Positions 17,519-26,065 of a stretch of DNA of 64,000 nucleotides are shown here, one piece after another; the stretch's first letter is position 1; each line of letters begins with the position of its first letter. A program made the translations under genes and the position numbers. This DNA comes from Planctomycetota bacterium (GTDB lineage: Bacteria > Planctomycetota > B15-G4 > JADJEK01). The notes under the pieces are model-generated. The model worked only from the letters and a program-made list of their open reading frames with translations, was not told the DNA's origin and made no database searches. Where the stretch lies: assembly GCA_044225365.1 (NCBI GenBank), contig JBGAIQ010000001.1:288001-352000 (forward strand). Direction: 5' to 3'.

Positions 17519-18844
17519 TTACTTCGCGCTCGGGACGGCCGGCACCGGCGTGGGCTGCAGCCGACCGAGCGCCGCAACCAGATCGATATTCGCGGCCGCG
17601 ACCGCAGCTCGCGCCTCTTCCCGCGCAAGTCGCGCCTTCACTTCGTCGCGACGGGTCGTGATCCAATCCTCGATCGTCGCCTCGCCCGCGCGGAACAGTT
17701 TCTCGGTGCCGTCACGAAGCGACTCGCGGACGCGAGCGAGCGGCTCGGCGTGATTCGCGAGATACGCGGTCGCGGCCTCGAAGGACGCATGAGCGATCGC
17801 GATCTCCGAGGTCACGGTCGCCGCCACCGCGCGCAGATTCGCGGCGGCATCGAGTAGCTCCGCCGAGGCTTCGAGCACGGCGTTGTCGCCGCGATCGAAC
17901 AGCGGCAATCCCACCTCGATCGAAGCGACCTCGCTCGTCGCGGTGCTCTGGCGGCGATGGCCGACTCCGATCGTGGGCAGCAGCTCGATCCGCAGGTCGG
18001 CGAGACGCTGGCGCTCGAGCGTCGCCCGGTACTTTGCGAGCGCTTCCTTCATCTCCGGTCGCGCGGCGGCGGCCTCGGCGAGGAGCGACTCCAGGTCGGA
18101 CGGACTCGCCACCGCGCTCGCGTCCGGCGCGTCCCGATCCGCGAGTTCGAGCGCGACCGGGCGATCGAATCCGAGGGCGAATGCGAAGCGGATCGTCGCG
18201 AGGCGTGTCGCAGCGACGGCCGCGGCCTCCTCGGCAGCGGCATCGAGCTGCTCCGCCTCGGCGCGCTCGCTCGCGATGCGCGGGAACTGCCCGAGTCGCG
18301 CGAACTCCTCGATCGCGGCGCGCTGCTTCGTGGCGATCTCGGTCGCTTCGTGGAGCAACGCCGCCTTGCGGTGCAGCACGATGAGATCGTCGAAGTCGTG
18401 GGCGACCGACTTCGCGAGCTGCTGCTGCTCGGCGGCGACGTGGGCGGCCTCCGCCTCGGCGTCGAACTCCGCGGCATCGATTCGCCACGGCATCGCGAGT
18501 AGATCGGCAAGCGAGACGAGCACGCTGCGCGTCTTCTGCGGCGGCACGGCGTCCGGCCCGTGGTCGAGGCCGAGATCCTCCCACTCGAGGAGTAGGGTCG
18601 GATTCGGTAGCGTGCGCGCCTTGTCGAGAGCGGCCCTCGCTTTGGACAGTCGAGCTTCCCAGGCGGCGACGGTCGGTGCACTGCTCGCCGCCAGATCGAT
18701 GCACTCCTGGCGGCTCAGCGGATGATCTGCGAGCGACGGAAAGTGGGCCGGCCGCAGATTCGGCTCGACCGAAGCACAGCTCGCCAAGGGCGCCAGGACG
18801 AAGAGCGCCCACAGCCGCGGTGATCGCTCGGCGCGAAATATCAT
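17519..18844 (-). CDS. TolC-family outer-membrane efflux lipoprotein
   Basis: ATG 18844 overlaps the RND stop (ATGA). Lipobox LASC; RTLPNPTL, ARPEM, IEVGLPLFDRG, FRAGE motifs of OEP repeats. Confidence 0.88.
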   Translation of the reverse strand: MIFRAERSPRLWALFVLAPLASCASVEPNLRPAHFPSLADHPLSRQECIDLAASSAPTVAAWEARLSKARAALDKARTLPNPTLLLEWEDLGLDHGPDAVPPQKTRSVLVSLADLLAMPWRIDAAEFDAEAEAAHVAAEQQQLAKSVAHDFDDLIVLHRKAALLHEATEIATKQRAAIEEFARLGQFPRIASERAEAEQLDAAAEEAAAVAATRLATIRFAFALGFDRPVALELADRDAPDASAVASPSDLESLLAEAAAARPEMKEALAKYRATLERQRLADLRIELLPTIGVGHRRQSTATSEVASIEVGLPLFDRGDNAVLEASAELLDAAANLRAVAATVTSEIAIAHASFEAATAYLANHAEPLARVRESLRDGTEKLFRAGEATIEDWITTRRDEVKARLAREEARAAVAAANIDLVAALGRLQPTPVPAVPSAK

Positions 18845-21800
18845 GCGAGGCTCTCCGGTTTGAGTCGACCGCGACCGAGGGTGGCGCAGCCGAGCGGTAC
18901 GACGACGAGGGTCGACGCCGTCGACAACAGGAGTCCGCCGATGACGGCAACCGCGAGGGGTCGCTGCAACTCGGCGCCGGCACCGATCCCGAAGGCGAGC
19001 GGCACGAGTCCCGCGATCGCGGCGAGCGTCGTCATCAGGATGGGGCGGAGGCGAACGCGAGCCGCCTCGATGATCGCCGCGGTCTCCTCGAGGCCCTCGG
19101 CGCACAACTGCTCGGCGTACTCGATCAAGATGATGCCGTTCTTCACCACGAGCCCGACGAGCATGATGAGCCCCATCGCCGAACTCACGTTGAGCGCGAT
19201 CCCGGTGAATCGCAATGCGAGGAGGCCGCCGAGTTGGCCGAACGGCAGAGCGAGGAACATCACGAGCGGGAGGCGGAGCGAGCGGAACTGGACGACGAGG
19301 AGTAGGAACGTGAGGCCGGCGGCGAGGCCGAACACGAACACGAGGTTCTTGAACGCCTCGGCCTGGCTCGCGGCCTGACCGCCGTATTCGACTCGGACGC
19401 GAGGATCGACCTTCAGGTCCGCGATCGCCGCGGCCACGGCGTCGCTCGCCGAACCGAGATCGCGGCCCTCGATCGCCGCGGTGACGACGACCATCGGCAC
19501 CTGGTTCTCGCGCTCGAGTTCGTTCTCCGAGAGGCGTCGCGTGCGGGTTGCCACCTCGGTGAGCGGCACGAGCCCGGGCGGCTCGGCTCCCGAGACCGGC
19601 CCGACGAACGGGACGTCGTCGACCTCGTGGACGCGCCACGGCTCGGGATAGCGCACTCGCACGTCGAGGAAGCGCTCGCCCTCCTTGATGCGGGTTGCGA
19701 CGTCTCCGAGCGATTGCACCTCGAGCTGATCGGAGATCGATTGCGGCGAGAGCTTGTATCGCGCGGCGGCGACGGGATCGATCTTCCATGCGATCTCGGG
19801 ACTGCCGAAGCTCACCGACGACGTGACGTCGACGATGCCCGGTATCTTCTCGATGCGATCCGCGATCGTCTTCGCCGTGCTCTGCAGCAACGGATATTCC
19901 GCGCCGAGCAGTTTCACTTCGATCGGACTCGGATTGCCCGCGAGGTCGTTGATCGTGTCCTGCATCACTTGGATGAACTCGACCTCGGCCTGCGGGACTT
20001 CGCGCGGGATCCTCTCGCGCAACTCCGCGATGACTTCGAAGATCGACCGCTTCGAACCCTTCTTGAGGCCGACGAGCATGTCGCCCGTGAACTGCTCGGT
20101 CGCGAAGAAACCGAGTTCGGCGCCGGTGCGGCGCGAGAACGAACCGACTTCGGGGGTCGCGATCAGGATGGCCTCGATCTTGCGACAGGTCGCATCCGTC
20201 TCCTCGAGGCTCGAGCCGACCGGCAACGTGTAGTCGAGCACGAAGCCACCTTCGTCCATCTCGGGCAGGAATCCCGTCGGCACGCCGCGCGCGAAGAGTG
20301 CGAGGACCGCGAGTACGTCGAGCGCGAGGAAGGTCGTGAGCGCACGATGGCGCAGCATCGATGTCGCCAGGGCGGCGTAGCGCGACTGCATCCAGTTCAT
20401 GAACGCCCGCGACGAACCCTCGGCGCGCGGCCGAAGGGCCGGGATGAGCATGAGCAAGGGCACGAGGAGCAGCGAAACGACCATCGACACGAGGATGCTG
20501 ATGCCGAGCGCGAAGGCGAGACTCTGGAAGAACTGACCGACGACGCCCTCGAGCAGGGCGAGCGGGACGAAGACGACGACGGTCGTGAGCGACGAGCCGA
20601 CGATCGCACCGACGACTTCCTGCGTGCCGACGGCGACGGCCGAGAAGATCGCGGGGAAGCCGGAGTTCTCGCGATCGAGGTGCGCGAGTCGTCGTGCGAC
20701 GTTCTCCACCACGACGATGGCATCGTCGATGATGAGGCCGATGGCGACGGCGAGCCCGCCGAGGCTCATCAGGTTCAGGGACTCCTTCATCGCCGGGAAG
20801 ATCGCGAGCGTGAGCAGGACCGAGATCGGGATCGCAAGTCCGGCGACGAGCGTCACGCGCCAGTTGCCGAGGAACAGGAACAGGACGACGATCGCGAGCA
20901 ATCCGCCGAGGCCGATCGCGTCGCGCACGCCGACGAGCGAGGCTTCGACGAGCATCGCCTGGTCGTAGACGCGGTCGATGCGGCCGTGATGGGGGATGGA
21001 CGGCGACACTTCCTCGACGACGTTCGTGACGTCGCGCGAGAGATCGGTGACCTTGCCGCCGTCGCGGAGGAACACGCTGACGACGACGCCGTCCTGTCCG
21101 CCGCCCGTGACGATCGTGGTGCGATCCGCGGTCGACTCGACGACGCGACCGAGCGCGGAGAGTTCGACGGGGGGCTTCCCGTCGCGTTCGATCGCGACCT
21201 TGCCGATCGCATCGGTGTCGTCGAACTGACCGTCGACGAGTACCTGGTACTGCAGCCCCTCGCGCGAGACGCGACCGACCGCGGTGACGGCGTTCGATTC
21301 CTTCAATGCGTCGCGCACGGCATCGATCGAAATGCCGTACGACGCGAGCGCGAGTGGATCGACTTCGAACACGTACTCGCGGGCGTCGCCGCTCTGCACG
21401 GTGACGAAGAACGCGTCGGGGAGGCGCGCGAGGCGCGGCTTCAGGAAGAGCTCGGTCCACTCCGCAAGGCGTGCGCGCTTCACGGGATCGGAGGCGTCGG
21501 CCTCGCCCGGCAGGACGTTGAAGCTGATGACGGGAAAGAGCGCCGGCGTCTGGCGTTCGATCGTGAGACGTTCGAGCTTGGGCAGGCCGGCCTCGGCCAC
21601 TCGCGAGCGCACGAGCGCGAGCGCGTCGCGCATGTCGGCCTCGGCCGTGAAGTCGAGCGAGATCTCCGAACCGCCGCGCACCGTTTTGCTACGCACTCGC
21701 TGCAGCGCGGGAACCGCGCTGACCGCGACCTCGATCGGCCGCGTGACCTCGAGCAGCATCGCGCGAACGGGAGTCTCACCCTGTTCCGCGATGACGGTGA

Positions 21801-21933
21801 CGCGCTGGAAGGCGACGTCCGGATAGATCCCGCGACCGGTGCGGTACGCCGACCAAACACCTCCGCCGATGAGGAGGAGGAAGAACACGAAGATCGCGCG
21901 ACGATGGGGGTGGGCGCGTGCGACGAGAGTCAC
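18841..21933 (-). CDS. RND efflux permease (AcrB/CusA-CzcA family)
   Basis: 1030 aa; LNLMSLGGLAVAIGLIIDDAIVVVEN, FLPEMDEG, GLVVKNGII, RLRPILMTTLAAIAGLVPLA, LQRPLAVAVIGGL. Confidence 0.95.
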   Translation of the reverse strand: MTLVARAHPHRRAIFVFFLLLIGGGVWSAYRTGRGIYPDVAFQRVTVIAEQGETPVRAMLLEVTRPIEVAVSAVPALQRVRSKTVRGGSEISLDFTAEADMRDALALVRSRVAEAGLPKLERLTIERQTPALFPVISFNVLPGEADASDPVKRARLAEWTELFLKPRLARLPDAFFVTVQSGDAREYVFEVDPLALASYGISIDAVRDALKESNAVTAVGRVSREGLQYQVLVDGQFDDTDAIGKVAIERDGKPPVELSALGRVVESTADRTTIVTGGGQDGVVVSVFLRDGGKVTDLSRDVTNVVEEVSPSIPHHGRIDRVYDQAMLVEASLVGVRDAIGLGGLLAIVVLFLFLGNWRVTLVAGLAIPISVLLTLAIFPAMKESLNLMSLGGLAVAIGLIIDDAIVVVENVARRLAHLDRENSGFPAIFSAVAVGTQEVVGAIVGSSLTTVVVFVPLALLEGVVGQFFQSLAFALGISILVSMVVSLLLVPLLMLIPALRPRAEGSSRAFMNWMQSRYAALATSMLRHRALTTFLALDVLAVLALFARGVPTGFLPEMDEGGFVLDYTLPVGSSLEETDATCRKIEAILIATPEVGSFSRRTGAELGFFATEQFTGDMLVGLKKGSKRSIFEVIAELRERIPREVPQAEVEFIQVMQDTINDLAGNPSPIEVKLLGAEYPLLQSTAKTIADRIEKIPGIVDVTSSVSFGSPEIAWKIDPVAAARYKLSPQSISDQLEVQSLGDVATRIKEGERFLDVRVRYPEPWRVHEVDDVPFVGPVSGAEPPGLVPLTEVATRTRRLSENELERENQVPMVVVTAAIEGRDLGSASDAVAAAIADLKVDPRVRVEYGGQAASQAEAFKNLVFVFGLAAGLTFLLLVVQFRSLRLPLVMFLALPFGQLGGLLALRFTGIALNVSSAMGLIMLVGLVVKNGIILIEYAEQLCAEGLEETAAIIEAARVRLRPILMTTLAAIAGLVPLAFGIGAGAELQRPLAVAVIGGLLLSTASTLVVVPLGCATLGRGRLKPESLA

Positions 21934-23333
21934 TTGTCGCCCTGATCCGGAGCCGGAGTCGTCGGCTTCTTCGCGGACTCTTCCTTCGATTCGCCTTCGT
22001 CCTTCGCACTCTTCGCGACGACTTTGGCGCCATCGGGGAGGTTGTATCCGCCGAGAGCGATCACCTTGTCACCGTCCTTGATTCCGGTCACGACGATGCG
22101 ATCACCCGCGTGTTCCTTCGTCTCGACGAGGGTTCGGTGCGCGATCCCATGCTCGTCGACGACCATCACGACGGTCTCGTCGTCCGCGCGCACGACCGCG
22201 CTCTTTCGTACCGTCACGGCTCCCTTGTCCTTCCCGATCTCGATCGCGCCGTACACGACGTCCCCGAGGTAAGGCGTGCCGCTCGTCTCCTCGATGTCGA
22301 CGAGCACATCGACGAGGCCGACGTCGGGTTCGATGCGAGCAGGCAGAGTGGCGACGCGGCCGTGGCCATCGAGCGCCCCGGTACCGTCGGTTCCACCCAC
22401 GCCGTGGAACGTGGCGAGTGCGCCGAGCGCCAGCTTGCGGGCATCCGCGGCGGGAAGCTCGAACCGGACGGAGCGTCCGTTTGCGATCGTGAGGCGGCCG
22501 AGCGCAGCACCGCTCTCGAACGAATCACCGACACCCGCCTTCCACTCGACGACCGTCGCGTCTTCGAGCGCCTCGACGCGCGCGGCCGCGAGCACGGCCG
22601 TGGCGTCGGTGAGGGCGGCGTTCGCGGCGGCGTTCGCCGCGACGAGGGAGGCCCGCTCGAGTTCGGCGCCCGACGTGCTCCACGCCGTGACGGCACGCCG
22701 TGCGAGTTCCGCGGTCCGCTCGCTGTCGGCGAGCGACTGCTCCGCTTCGAGGAGTACGGCGGGTGCGACGAGACCATCCTTGGCGAGCTCGCGCTGCCGT
22801 TCGGCGCGAGCCTCCGCGACCTTGACGTCGGCTTCGGCTTTCTGGCGCGAGGAGGCGAGTTCCGCCTCGCGTTGCTCGCGCCCGCCGCGATCGAATTCGG
22901 CGAGCTTGTTCGAGGCCTCCGCGAGCGCAGCGGTCGCGTTCGCCACGGCGAGGTCGAGCGGGGCCGTCTCGAAGCAGGCGAGGATCTCGCCCTTCTTCAC
23001 CACCTGCCCCTCGCGAATGCTCGAGGACGCGATGCGACCGAACGCGCGCGTCGAGATGGTTCGGACCGCATTGGTCAGGGCTTCGATCTTCCCCGCGGCG
23101 GGCACCGTGATCGGTACGTCCGCGACCGAAGCGACGTCGAGGTCGACCTCGACCTCGAGATCCTCCGGTTTCACCTCCGCGCCCGCTTCTTCTTCCTCAT
23201 CGACCTCGGAGTGGCCGCCGATCCGCTCAGCCCACTCCTCCGGCAGATGGTCATGGAGGAACAAACCCACCGCGACGCCGAGCGGCAGGACGACCACGCT
23301 CGACACGATCCATGCGAATTGAGTCTTGGCCAT
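21930..23333 (-). CDS. RND efflux periplasmic adaptor (membrane fusion protein)
   Basis: N-terminal TM, lipoyl half-motifs (GRIASSSIREGQVVKKGE; GVGDSFESGAAL), long helical hairpin, TGIKDGDKVIALGGYNLPDG. Confidence 0.9.
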   Translation of the reverse strand: MAKTQFAWIVSSVVVLPLGVAVGLFLHDHLPEEWAERIGGHSEVDEEEEAGAEVKPEDLEVEVDLDVASVADVPITVPAAGKIEALTNAVRTISTRAFGRIASSSIREGQVVKKGEILACFETAPLDLAVANATAALAEASNKLAEFDRGGREQREAELASSRQKAEADVKVAEARAERQRELAKDGLVAPAVLLEAEQSLADSERTAELARRAVTAWSTSGAELERASLVAANAAANAALTDATAVLAAARVEALEDATVVEWKAGVGDSFESGAALGRLTIANGRSVRFELPAADARKLALGALATFHGVGGTDGTGALDGHGRVATLPARIEPDVGLVDVLVDIEETSGTPYLGDVVYGAIEIGKDKGAVTVRKSAVVRADDETVVMVVDEHGIAHRTLVETKEHAGDRIVVTGIKDGDKVIALGGYNLPDGAKVVAKSAKDEGESKEESAKKPTTPAPDQGDK

Positions 23334-23408
23334 TCCTCCGCTTGTAGAGAACGGCAGGAAGGCGGTCGAAGTGAAAAGTATGCAACGTAGCGGCGGATCG
23401 CCGCCCGA

Positions 23409-24116
23409 TCACTGCTCGGGATCGTCCGAAGCGGTCGTGTCGAGGAGGGTCTTGACGATCCTGCGGGCGGCGAACTTGCCGAACCAGGCGGGTGAGCTCG
23501 ACATGATCTCGTCGCCCATGACCGTCTGGTCCTTCGCGGCCTCGGCGTGGAAGAAGTCCTTCATCGCGACTTCGGTACCCCGATCGGAGGCATCGACGAA
23601 GTCACGGACTTCCCAGATGATCTTGCCGGTCTGCACGTCGATGAGCGAAGCGGAGATCCCGAGTGCGGGCGGCGCGTAGGGCCGGTAGTTGTCGATCGAT
23701 CCGAACATCACGGCGTCGACGCCGTATCGCCGGCCGAGCTCGATGATCGTGGAGATCTCGATGCGTCCGGTCTGCTTCGGTCCCTGCGCGGCCTTGGAAG
23801 TGGCATCCGAGGGTGCGGGCTGCACGACGTCGAAGCGTCGCAATTTGGTGATCTCGTCGCGGAGACAGGAGTTGACGCCGTCGCTCGGCGCTCCGGTCGC
23901 GGATTCGTCGGCGAGCGGCAGCACGAGCACGCGGCGGATCGTTCCGCCGTCGAGGCTGATGTCGCGATAGGCGCGGGGCGGCGCGATGGGGTCGGCGACC
24001 ATCGCCATGGATCGATCCTTCGCCGCCGTCATCCGCGAACAGCCAACGCCCGTGAGACAAAGCGCCACGAGAGCGAGTTCCAGGCTCGATCGAAACCACT
24101 TGGACCGCGACGCCAT
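23409..24116 (-). CDS. Lipoprotein with CsgG/PelC/DUF799-like alpha-beta fold
   Basis: Lipobox GVGC; RRVLVLPL...RFDVV...LGRRYGVDAVMFGSI...ISASLIDVQTGKIIW. ATG 24116 follows the upstream stop by 2 bp. Confidence 0.7.
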   Translation of the reverse strand: MASRSKWFRSSLELALVALCLTGVGCSRMTAAKDRSMAMVADPIAPPRAYRDISLDGGTIRRVLVLPLADESATGAPSDGVNSCLRDEITKLRRFDVVQPAPSDATSKAAQGPKQTGRIEISTIIELGRRYGVDAVMFGSIDNYRPYAPPALGISASLIDVQTGKIIWEVRDFVDASDRGTEVAMKDFFHAEAAKDQTVMGDEIMSSSPAWFGKFAARRIVKTLLDTTASDDPEQ

Positions 24117-24118
24117 GA

Positions 24119-24685
24119 TCAACCGTCCTTCGTTCGCGTGCGGTCGCCGATCTCGCGCTCGAGCAACTCCTTCTCGAAAGCGAGGCGTTGTCGCTTCTCG
24201 AGCGCGAACATCTGGGCGAGTGTGGCGCGGTCCTTCTCGAGTCGTGTCTTCTTGCCTTCGAGCTCCTCGATCTGCTTCGTCTTCCCTTCGAGTTCCTCGG
24301 ACAGCTGCGCCACGGAGTCCTTCAGGCGCTGGGTCTGCTCCGTGAGTTCGCGACACTGGCTCTCCGAATTGCCGAGCTTCTCCTCCGTGAGTCGCCGCAG
24401 CGCGATCGCCTTCGCCAACTCGTCGCGGAGATGTTCGTTGTCCTCGAGGAGCGTCGTGCGCGCGGAGAGCTGGGTCGTCGCGCCCTTGGTCGCAGCGTTC
24501 GCAGCGACGGCTTCCTTGTCCTCGCTCGATCCGGTCTGGGTGACGACATCGTTCGGATCGTGCGGTCGCGGCCCCGATTCCTTTTCCTTGCCGGAGAGCA
24601 GTTCCGTGGTGCCGGAGCACGCGGAGACCGTCAGGGCGAGGACGATGGCCGTGATCGTCGAAGTGGTCGATTTGCGGATCTTCAT
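24119..24685 (-). CDS. Coiled-coil lipoprotein, unknown function
   Basis: ATG 24685 (MKIRK...LALTVSAC lipobox). The C-terminal ~110 aa are heptad-rich E/K/L/R. Confidence 0.7.
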   Translation of the reverse strand: MKIRKSTTSTITAIVLALTVSACSGTTELLSGKEKESGPRPHDPNDVVTQTGSSEDKEAVAANAATKGATTQLSARTTLLEDNEHLRDELAKAIALRRLTEEKLGNSESQCRELTEQTQRLKDSVAQLSEELEGKTKQIEELEGKKTRLEKDRATLAQMFALEKRQRLAFEKELLEREIGDRTRTKDG

Positions 24686-24737
24686 TGCGGTCGCTCGTGT
24701 GGTAGGGCGCGATGGCGCCGTCACTGGTTCCTGGCGG

Positions 24738-25010
24738 TCAGGGCTTGCCCGCCGCGGCGGGGGTTCCGGAGACCGAATAATCGCACTCGATCGTGATCGT
24801 CTCGCCGCAGCGGCAGCGGGCGAGGATCCGCGCCACGCGGTCGCCGTCACGAACGACTTCGATCCGCGGTGCCGAAGCGATCGCAGTCGGTTTGCCGCTG
24901 CGAGTGCATTGTGCGAATTCCGGCGGAGTGATCGCCTTGGTCTCGGCGCCCATCGCTCGCAGGATCGCGCCAGGCCGTACCCCGCTCTGCTTCTTCGTTT
25001 CGTCGCTCAT
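24738..25010 (-). CDS. Small hypothetical protein with a CxCG...C motif
   Basis: 90 aa; start overlaps the fliA stop (ATGA); IEVVRDGDRVARILARCRCGETITIECDY. Confidence 0.65.
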   Translation of the reverse strand: MSDETKKQSGVRPGAILRAMGAETKAITPPEFAQCTRSGKPTAIASAPRIEVVRDGDRVARILARCRCGETITIECDYSVSGTPAAAGKP

Positions 25011-25759
25011 TTCGGGTCGCTCCGTGAATTGCGTTCGACCTTCGCGCGAACCTTGTTCTCGGCGCAGGCCAGGATCTGGCAGACGCGTGATTCGGTGACC
25101 CCGAGCAACGTCCCGATCTCCTTCAGGTACAGGTTCTCCGAGTGGTAGAGAACGAACACCTGGCGCTCGCGCGGTGAGAGCTGCGAGATCGCCTCTTCGA
25201 CGCGGGCCACGATCTCCCGGCGCGCGACGTCGTCGCTCGGCTCGAGACCCTTTTCGTCGGGTGGATCGAAGGCCGGAGCCTCGTCGTCGTCCGCACGAGT
25301 CGCGATCCGCGCCTCGCTGGCGAGGAGCTTCGACTCCTTGGCGAGTTGGAACAACTGCTCCACGTCTTCGGTGGTGATGCAGAGCGTTGCCGCCAGTTCT
25401 TCGGGGGTCGGCGGGCGGCCGAGCGTCGCACGAGCGTCGGTCTCGGCTCTCTCGAGTTCGTGGATGCGCGCGCGAGCGCCGCGCGGAAGCGGATCGTGTC
25501 GCCGCAGTTCGTCGAGGATCGCCGACTTGATCGCGAGGTACGCGAAGGTCCGGAAGGACGCTCCGCGCATCGGTTGATAGGTCCGTGCCGCGTTGAGCAG
25601 TCCGAGGGTGCCGGCCGAGAGCAGGTCATCGCGATCGATACCGGGAGGGATCGAGATCGGGAGTCGTCCGACGACTCGCGGCACGAGGTCGAGATTCCGA
25701 GTCGCGAGGTCGTCGCGAGCGGACTTGTCGAGGACGGATGGTATTCCTGCGTCAGTCAT
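25007..25759 (-). CDS. fliA: RNA polymerase sigma-28 factor FliA/WhiG
   Basis: DDLLSAGTLGLL, FRTFAYLAIKSAILDELRRHDPLPR, LGRPPT.EELA, LKEIGTLLGVTESRVCQI. Confidence 0.95.
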   Translation of the reverse strand: MTDAGIPSVLDKSARDDLATRNLDLVPRVVGRLPISIPPGIDRDDLLSAGTLGLLNAARTYQPMRGASFRTFAYLAIKSAILDELRRHDPLPRGARARIHELERAETDARATLGRPPTPEELAATLCITTEDVEQLFQLAKESKLLASEARIATRADDDEAPAFDPPDEKGLEPSDDVARREIVARVEEAISQLSPRERQVFVLYHSENLYLKEIGTLLGVTESRVCQILACAENKVRAKVERNSRSDPK

Positions 25760-25836
25760 CGGAATGAACGGAGGTCTTCGCCATCGGCTCGGCATTCGAA
25801 CGGAAGGGCAACTTGGTCATGTCGCGTCTCTCACGG

Positions 25837-26058
25837 TCACTCGCCGTGGTTCTCCGAGCCGGATGTCTCATCGGCAGATCGGGGGCTCGAGTTGAGCGCT
25901 GCGAGGAAGATTCCGACGGCCGTCGCGATCGCGGCGAGCACGACGCCGCGCAGGAGCGCGGTCTCGGGCCGGCTTCCGCTCGCGAGTGCGACGCCGAGCC
26001 CGATAGCAAATCCGCCTGCGGCTCCGAACTTCCCGGCCTTGCTCGCTTCCATCGGCAC
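25837..26058 (-). CDS. Small two-TM membrane protein between flhF and fliA
   Basis: 73 aa with two hydrophobic segments, tightly packed in the operon. Confidence 0.5.
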   Translation of the reverse strand: MPMEASKAGKFGAAGGFAIGLGVALASGSRPETALLRGVVLAAIATAVGIFLAALNSSPRSADETSGSENHGE

Positions 26059-26065
26059 TCTCGCA

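Noticed and set aside
17519-21460. 1313-aa minus-strand ORF
   Set aside because: Only the last 441 aa (from ATG 18844) are TolC-like. The rest is an Arg-rich off-frame overlap with the RND gene.
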